Source of the DNA: an archaeon
Lineage (GTDB): Archaea; Thermoplasmatota; Thermoplasmata; WALJ01
NCBI GenBank assembly: GCA_024278375.1
Contig: JAJRTH010000092.1
Coordinates: 6,193-70,192, forward strand
Direction of reading: 5' to 3'
DNA length: 64,000 nucleotides
Part shown: positions 57,962 through 64,000 of the stretch, piece by piece
How positions within the stretch are numbered: position 1 is the stretch's first letter
Layout: each line of letters begins with the position of its first letter
Notes under the pieces: generated by a model
The model's input: only the letters and a program-made list of their open reading frames with translations
Databases searched by the model: none
Told to the model about the DNA's origin: nothing
Made by a program: the position numbers and the translations under genes

Positions 57962-58459
57962 ATGGAAAATTTCAGTGAGATAAGCCCGGGAGATGCGATA
58001 AAATACCTTCCCCTTCCGGTTGTGATAGTAACCGCCAGAAAGGGAGAAAGCATGAACGGAATGACGGCGGCATGGATATCCCAGGTATCTGCGAAACCTC
58101 CCGTGATAATGGTTGCCATAAGGCTGGAGAGATACACCTGGGAACTGATGAAGGACACGGAATACTTCGGAATCTCCGTCCTCGGTGAAGGGCAGGAGGA
58201 CATCGCAGAGTTCTTCGGGACCGTAAGCGGTTGGGATAAGGACAAGTTCAAGGAGATGGAAATGGAACCGTTCTATTCGGAAGAGGGCATACCGCTGATA
58301 CCCGGCTCTCTGGCCGCATTCGTGTGCAGAAAGAGAGAGGTCGTTGAAATCGGAGACCATCTGGCCATCTTTGGAGAGGCGATAAAAGGATGGGAAGGAA
58401 AAGGAGACAATCCTCTGGTATGGTACAGATGGAACGTTACCGGGATGAAGTCTGATTAA
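57962..58459 (+). CDS. Flavin reductase-like FMN-binding protein
   Basis: PVVIVT, NGMTAAW..QVS..PP, F.ISVL, GDH...GE. Confidence 0.9.
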   Translation: MENFSEISPGDAIKYLPLPVVIVTARKGESMNGMTAAWISQVSAKPPVIMVAIRLERYTWELMKDTEYFGISVLGEGQEDIAEFFGTVSGWDKDKFKEMEMEPFYSEEGIPLIPGSLAAFVCRKREVVEIGDHLAIFGEAIKGWEGKGDNPLVWYRWNVTGMKSD

Positions 58460-59016
58460 TTGCCAGAGCCCAATTCTCTCAGAGTCTCGAGCTGCGTATC
58501 AAAAACTTCTCTCAGATACAGGACCATTCTGACCTCATCAATCCCTTCGTGTTTTTCCAGCTCGTCCATGATTGCGGAGAGCGCTATTTTCGCCGCTTTT
58601 TCTACCGGATATCCGTATGCACCGGTGCTTATAGATGGAAAGGCCATGGTTCTTGCGCCTATTTCTCTTGCGAGTTTCATGGAGTTCCTGTAGCATCTTT
58701 CCAGAATCTCCGGCTCGCCATGCTTTCCACCGCGCCATACTGGACCGACTGTGTGGATTATCCATCTTATCCCTCTTTCTTTCATCCTGCCGGCACGCGT
58801 ATACACCGCATTTCCATGCTCCAATCTCACTATCTTCCTGATTATCTCCATGCATTCCCTGTGAAGTTCCGGTCCGGCAGCCCTGTGTATGGCTCCATCT
58901 ACTCCTCCCCCGCCCATCAGCCTACTGTTGGCAGCGTTCACAATGGCATCCACCCTCTGTTCGGTTATGTCTCCGTGCACGAGTCTGAGCGTACCGTATT
59001 TAAGCCTGAGTTCCAT
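58456..59016 (-). CDS. Macrodomain protein (O-acetyl-ADP-ribose deacetylase / ADP-ribosylhydrolase, YmdB-like)
   Basis: GDIT, DAIVNAAN..L.GGGGVDGAIH.AAG, IHTVGP, AFPSISTGAYGYP. Confidence 0.93.
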   Translation of the reverse strand: MELRLKYGTLRLVHGDITEQRVDAIVNAANSRLMGGGGVDGAIHRAAGPELHRECMEIIRKIVRLEHGNAVYTRAGRMKERGIRWIIHTVGPVWRGGKHGEPEILERCYRNSMKLAREIGARTMAFPSISTGAYGYPVEKAAKIALSAIMDELEKHEGIDEVRMVLYLREVFDTQLETLRELGSGN

Positions 59017-59061
59017 GGAGCCAATGGAGCAAATTAAAAATATTGTCTTTCATGGGTAGCC

Positions 59062-59763
59062 GTGAAGGAGCGCCTGCAGAAATACATGGCAAGATGCGGT
59101 GTGGCATCCAGAAGAAAGTGCGAGGAGCTGATACTCGCCGGCAGGGTGGAGGTCAACGGAGAGGTGGTGGACGAACCGGGAGTAAAGATAGACCCTGATA
59201 AGGATGTGGTAACTCTGGACGGAGAGGTTCTCAGGCCTGAAAGTCCGAGATATTATGCGGTGAACAAGCCTGTTGGGTATATCTCTTCAAACAGGGATGA
59301 GAAAGGGAGGCCAAGGGTAATCGATATAATCCCCGGCAAAGGGCGGCTTTTCACAGTTGGGAGACTGGATATAAACTCCTCGGGGCTGATAATCGTCACT
59401 AACGACGGGGATGCCGCATACAGACTATCTCATCCGAGATTCGCTCCGGAAAAAGAATACCATGTTCTCATTAAAGGGACTCTTGAAGAAAGGGATATAA
59501 GAGCGCTGGAAAATGGCATAGTACTAGAGGAGGGAAGGACTGCTCCCGCTAAAGTGAAGGTTCTTTGGCAAAAGAATGGAAAAACCATGGTCTCAATAAC
59601 GGTCAAACAGGGATGGTTCCGCATGGTTCGAAGGATGTTTAATGCCATAGGAAAAGATGTTAAAAGCCTCAAAAGGGTGAGAATAGGCTCTCTGACCCTC
59701 AAAGGAATAGAAGAGGAGGGTATGTGGAGGGATTTGTCCGAAGAAGAAATAAAAAGATATTGA
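59062..59763 (+). CDS. rRNA pseudouridine synthase, RsuA/RluB family (bacterial type)
   Basis: S4 domain RLQKYMA.CG.ASRR..EE.I..GRV.VNG, NKP.G, GRLD..SSG...TNDG, HP....KEY, L.R.RIG. Confidence 0.92.
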   Translation: MKERLQKYMARCGVASRRKCEELILAGRVEVNGEVVDEPGVKIDPDKDVVTLDGEVLRPESPRYYAVNKPVGYISSNRDEKGRPRVIDIIPGKGRLFTVGRLDINSSGLIIVTNDGDAAYRLSHPRFAPEKEYHVLIKGTLEERDIRALENGIVLEEGRTAPAKVKVLWQKNGKTMVSITVKQGWFRMVRRMFNAIGKDVKSLKRVRIGSLTLKGIEEEGMWRDLSEEEIKRY

Positions 59764-59773
59764 GATAATAGGT

Positions 59774-62700
59774 TCAAGGCATTTCTTGATCCAAAGGTTC
59801 TCCATCTACAACGTTTTCCTCCGAGATAGCAGATTCCATGTCTTCGTCATATCTTTCTCTGAACTCTTCCGGTGCCGTCTCTTCTAGTGGAGCCCCAGCT
59901 GTCCCCTCTTGTTCTACTGCTCTTATCTTTTTCTTCATAGCTATGGCCAGAATCACTCCGAGGACTATGATTATAATCAGTATCAGGTAAAGCCAGGGAA
60001 TTCCCTCCGAAGGAGCTTTTGTTTTGGGAAGTTCAATCTGCGGGATGTTCGTGCTATCACCGGGGCTCACGGAGGCACTGGCCGTCTGCACCTCATAACC
60101 ATCCTTGGATATCGTTATCGTATGATTGCCTGCATGCACCTGTATTGAGAACTCACCGTTCTCATCTGTTGTAGTGGTTTCTCCCGTATCCAGAGTTACC
60201 GTTACACCGGATATCGGATTTCCGTTCTCATCCACAACTCTGCCTGTTATCGTTCCTATGTCTGTGGTTGTGAAAGACCACGTGTATTCATCCATTGCAT
60301 TTCCCGCACGATCGGAGCCTGTGACATGCACCGTATATTCGGTGGCATAGCTCATATTTTCAGAGGGTACGAATGAGATAGTGTTATGTAACCATATAAG
60401 TTCTCCTTCCAGGCCATTTATACTAATTCTAACCGAACTCTGATCCATCGTCTCAGAGAATGTAACGGCTATGACAGAATCCACAGGAACATCGCTTCCG
60501 GTCGGTGAATGCTCCGTAACCGTTGGAGCGGTCGCATCGACATCGAATGTCACATTTGCCATACCCTCATTTCCTGCGTTGTCTATGGCTTTGACATAAA
60601 CGGTATGCGTTCCATCAGTGAGATTGTCAAGGTGATATGTTGTGTTGGTCCCAACATCCATCCATGTTCCTGAATCGATCATTATCTCGTAGTGGTCGAT
60701 GCCGGATGTATCATCTGTGCCATGCCATGTGACCTGTGTATCCGCTGTGTGGAGTGAACCCTCAGAAGGTGCGGTTATCGTTATTTCCGGTGCTGTGGTA
60801 TCGATTGTGAAGTTCACGGATGCGGTGTTCTCGTTTCCTGCAGTATCAATTGCTTTTACCTCGACAGTATGTTCTCCATCCGAGAGGTCAGCGAATTCAT
60901 GCTGGGTATCTGTTCCGATATCAATCCATGCTCCCGAATCGATACTTATTTCGTAGTGGCCAATACCGCTCAGCGAGTCGTTTCCTGCCCAGATCACTGT
61001 TACGGTGTTGAGGTCGAAGAGAGAATTCTCCGATGGAGAAGTTATGTTGATGTTGGGTGCCGTGCTATCGTAAGCACATATCGCATCCGCAGATGTCTTC
61101 GATTCGCTGTTTCCCGCCGCATCTGCGGCAATAGTGTGGAGCTCATAGTATCCGTCACCCTCGGGGAAGGTTAATGTTATTGTTCCTGACCATGAGGTCC
61201 CTGAAATTGATATCGGCGAGCCGAACTGTGTCCATGAGGACCATGTGGAGTTGTCGCTGGATAAGCGGTAATAGAGGGTAATCGAAGAAAGATCCTGATC
61301 ATCCGTAGCCGAGAGCGAGAGATCGATGTTTGAGTTATGCCAGTATGGTGTGATTGCAGAAACAGACGAGGTCGGTGCCACGGTATCCTGGGGTTCCGTG
61401 GTGAAACTCCATGAATAATCGTCTGTCGGTGAGCCTTCCGCAGTGCCGTTTCCGTTTCCATCAAGGGTATTTCCGTTCACATCCGCAGCGATGCTAGCGT
61501 TAATAACTATGGTATATGTGGTGTTGTAGGAAAGGTTCGAAGCGGGAGTGAATGTCATCGTAGTATTTGCGGAATTCCACGAAAACGAGCCGCTTAAGGA
61601 AGGAGTTATGGAGAAAGCATTCTCCACGCTGCTTGTGTTCATGCTCTCGTTGAATGTTGTCGCTATTACGGTGTTAACGGGAACTCCCGTCCCTGTGGGG
61701 AAATGAGATACCACGGTCGGTGGTGTGGTGTCAGGCTCGGTGGTGAAGCTCCATGAACACGCTGTCTGAACATTTCCGGCAAGGTCCTCCCCGCCTTCGA
61801 TAGTAATACCGATTGTTTCATTGTATGCCCAGCTATCGTGTGTCCATGTCGCCGTATCGTTAGCGACATTCGTCGTGCTCCATCCTGCGAATGTGTATGT
61901 TACTGTGGTTCCCGAGGTCTGCGTGAGTGTAGGAGTCACGGATGTATCCATGCTCTCGCTGAATACGACCACAACATTCTGATTTATTGGAACGCCTGTG
62001 GAACCGTCTGCAGGGGTTGTTGATGTGACGGAGGGGGGTGTGGTGTCGTTCCCCGCATCTGTGGTTATGGGGGCCATTAGAGGATAGTAATCTATGGCTC
62101 CCGAAGTACCGCTTATGTTGGTATACGGTGTATCTCCTATGCCGTCACTTCCTGTGAGGTTTTGTCCAGGACCAGAGTAGTTATCTGCGCCGTTGTAGTC
62201 GGACCAGTAATTGCCCCCGGTGGGATATGAGGTGTTCCATAGATTGCTACCCGTGTCATCATATGCTTGAATAGCATTGTCGATGAAGTTGTTATTATAT
62301 ATAATGTTAGAATTCGAAGACAAAGAAAAGACTCCGTAGTTATTTTTTGATATGTTGTTGAGAACAATCTTGTTATCATTTGAAAACTGATATAGATAGA
62401 TGCCTTTATCATTATTTGCTATGGTGTTGTTTGTAAATGTATTATTCGAAGAGGAATGGAATAATATGCCATGCCACAGATTCGAATCTAGAAGATTCCC
62501 TGAGATATTGTTATTTGAAGATGAATAAATGTAGATACCGCGATTGTTTTTTGTCGCATTATTATATGATATAGTGTTATTTGTGGAAAATCCTATTTCG
62601 ATTCCAACCGTCCCGTCACTGACATTTTGTTCTCTTATCGTTATATACGTACAATTTGCTAAAATGATTTCTCCAGCACCACTAGGAACAACGCTTCCAG

Positions 62701-64000
62701 TTATATTTTTCCAGTAATACACTGGTTTGCCATTCACCGTATTGCTAATTCCGATTTGATGCCTATTCCATTGTTCTAATCTATTGCCCCATATCAGAAT
62801 TCCATTATTGATTAGATCATTCCCTACTAGATTATCATTTTTGGAGTATCCAAGGAGGACTCCCCCATATGGATTTCCGGAGACAACATTGTAGATAACC
62901 TCACTATTGTTTGAATATCTCAGATATATACCATATCTCCAATTAGCGGAGACCATGTTTCTAGAGATATTTAAAGAATTACTGTCTTCCAAATATAATC
63001 CATCTAGGCCATTACTTATGAGACTGTTATTTTCAAATAGCGCCCGATTAGAATATATCGTAGAAATGCCGTGATAGTTTACATTGTATGAGACATTACA
63101 TCCCACTACTGCCACATTGGTCGTATTGTTGAGATATAATCCGTTGTTGTTATTGTACTGGGCCATACAGTTCCTTATGGATATGTTACTGGAATCCCAC
63201 ACCCCCATTCCATGATATTGGAGCGTATTTGTGGCACTCGAATTTCTGATAGCGATATATTCGCTTCCTTCTGAGATCGCTATCCCTGTCAGGTTCGAGT
63301 ACATAACCGTTGCGTTTTCTATTGTGCCATAGCTGAAGTTCCACATACCGATTCCATATGCGGTGTTGTTATATCCGATGAAATCAGTAATATCGGTATG
63401 GGTCGAATTCACGATTGCCAGACCGTAGGCATTGAAAGAGGAGTTCAGGTCAGAAATGCTTATGTTATTGGAATTGTCATCTATATAGGTCCCAACATAG
63501 CAGTTCCTGTTGCTTGTACCAGAGACGTTTGAAAAGCTGCTCTGAAAGATATATACTCCAATCCCATTCGATGCGGAATCATATATCGTGGCATTTTCAA
63601 CTCGTATCCCGGAAGAGTAGCCTATGAGTATCCCACAGCTGGAATTGTATACTGTGTTATTTGTCATCTGACTGCCATAGTCGTAGTATGATGCGAGACC
63701 GTAGGTGGTATTATATATTGTGTTGCCCCTAATAACATTTGCTTTACCGGACATCGGCGAGAGGTATGCAAGAATTCCTATGTCGGAATAGGAAACTATG
63801 TTGTCAACTGCCGTATTATTGCTGGACCCTTGGAAGAAGATACCCCGGGTTGTGTTGTGTATATAGCAGTTTGAAACAGTATTATTAGATGAAAATACGT
63901 ATATCGCATTATCGCCGTAACTTATCTCGGCATATAAAATATCTGCATGACCAGTTGCGTTGATATGTATAGAGTTCCAATCTGCCACGGATGGAAAGCT
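59774..64000 (-). CDS. Large modular surface glycoprotein (PbH1/NosD beta-helices, three Big_5/SbsA-like Ig domains, further Ig repeats, carboxypeptidase-regulatory-like domain, C-terminal TM); 5' end outside the window
   Basis: The frame is open to base 64000. GI.l..S.NN.I..N repeats, GGNYWSDY...DGIGDTPY, DTTPP.V....P repeats, A.D.AGN, GTITGRVVDENGNPI, TM and acidic tail. Confidence 0.88.
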   Translation of the reverse strand, partial: SFPSVADWNSIHINATGHADILYAEISYGDNAIYVFSSNNTVSNCYIHNTTRGIFFQGSSNNTAVDNIVSYSDIGILAYLSPMSGKANVIRGNTIYNTTYGLASYYDYGSQMTNNTVYNSSCGILIGYSSGIRVENATIYDSASNGIGVYIFQSSFSNVSGTSNRNCYVGTYIDDNSNNISISDLNSSFNAYGLAIVNSTHTDITDFIGYNNTAYGIGMWNFSYGTIENATVMYSNLTGIAISEGSEYIAIRNSSATNTLQYHGMGVWDSSNISIRNCMAQYNNNNGLYLNNTTNVAVVGCNVSYNVNYHGISTIYSNRALFENNSLISNGLDGLYLEDSNSLNISRNMVSANWRYGIYLRYSNNSEVIYNVVSGNPYGGVLLGYSKNDNLVGNDLINNGILIWGNRLEQWNRHQIGISNTVNGKPVYYWKNITGSVVPSGAGEIILANCTYITIREQNVSDGTVGIEIGFSTNNTISYNNATKNNRGIYIYSSSNNNISGNLLDSNLWHGILFHSSSNNTFTNNTIANNDKGIYLYQFSNDNKIVLNNISKNNYGVFSLSSNSNIIYNNNFIDNAIQAYDDTGSNLWNTSYPTGGNYWSDYNGADNYSGPGQNLTGSDGIGDTPYTNISGTSGAIDYYPLMAPITTDAGNDTTPPSVTSTTPADGSTGVPINQNVVVVFSESMDTSVTPTLTQTSGTTVTYTFAGWSTTNVANDTATWTHDSWAYNETIGITIEGGEDLAGNVQTACSWSFTTEPDTTPPTVVSHFPTGTGVPVNTVIATTFNESMNTSSVENAFSITPSLSGSFSWNSANTTMTFTPASNLSYNTTYTIVINASIAADVNGNTLDGNGNGTAEGSPTDDYSWSFTTEPQDTVAPTSSVSAITPYWHNSNIDLSLSATDDQDLSSITLYYRLSSDNSTWSSWTQFGSPISISGTSWSGTITLTFPEGDGYYELHTIAADAAGNSESKTSADAICAYDSTAPNINITSPSENSLFDLNTVTVIWAGNDSLSGIGHYEISIDSGAWIDIGTDTQHEFADLSDGEHTVEVKAIDTAGNENTASVNFTIDTTAPEITITAPSEGSLHTADTQVTWHGTDDTSGIDHYEIMIDSGTWMDVGTNTTYHLDNLTDGTHTVYVKAIDNAGNEGMANVTFDVDATAPTVTEHSPTGSDVPVDSVIAVTFSETMDQSSVRISINGLEGELIWLHNTISFVPSENMSYATEYTVHVTGSDRAGNAMDEYTWSFTTTDIGTITGRVVDENGNPISGVTVTLDTGETTTTDENGEFSIQVHAGNHTITISKDGYEVQTASASVSPGDSTNIPQIELPKTKAPSEGIPWLYLILIIIIVLGVILAIAMKKKIRAVEQEGTAGAPLEETAPEEFRERYDEDMESAISEENVVDGEPLDQEMP

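Overview
Archaeal chromosome segment, most consistent with a non-methanogenic Thermoplasmatota (Aciduliprofundum/DHVE2-like) lineage; the lineage is inferred from gene content and promoter/SD style. Housekeeping genes: EF-1beta, rfcS, aCPSF1/fttA-psmB, Sm/Lsm, valS, SSB, nadE, rpoE'-spt4-DPCK-rps24e-rps27ae and tRNA-Arg(TCG). Metabolism: two amino-acid semialdehyde dehydrogenases, a ferredoxin missed by the ORF track, and an 8-gene hdrA-mvhDGA-protease-hdrCB-fumarate reductase operon. There are also many surface-protein genes. The best candidate for an undescribed system is the five-gene operon at 47324-55034, which has the logic of a donor-strand-complementation pilus. It encodes a secreted two-domain major subunit with an N-terminal extension, a membrane-anchored chaperone-like Ig protein, and a membrane-anchored subunit that keeps the extension but lacks the second domain. 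It also encodes an acidic Zn-ribbon membrane protein and a seven-bladed FG-GAP (integrin-alpha-like) adhesin whose C-terminus is a copy of the major subunit without the extension. Other notable signals: two paralogous PEF-CTERM beta-helix genes both out of frame at the same (AT)n tract, a candidate stand-alone hairpin sRNA, a PLD-wHTH nuclease beside a COG1373 ATPase with tandem palindromic operators, a Rab-like GTPase and a bacterial-type RluB. About ten nonsense/frameshift lesions are concentrated in accessory genes and could be real decay or assembly error. All family calls come from motif recognition by eye, not database searches.
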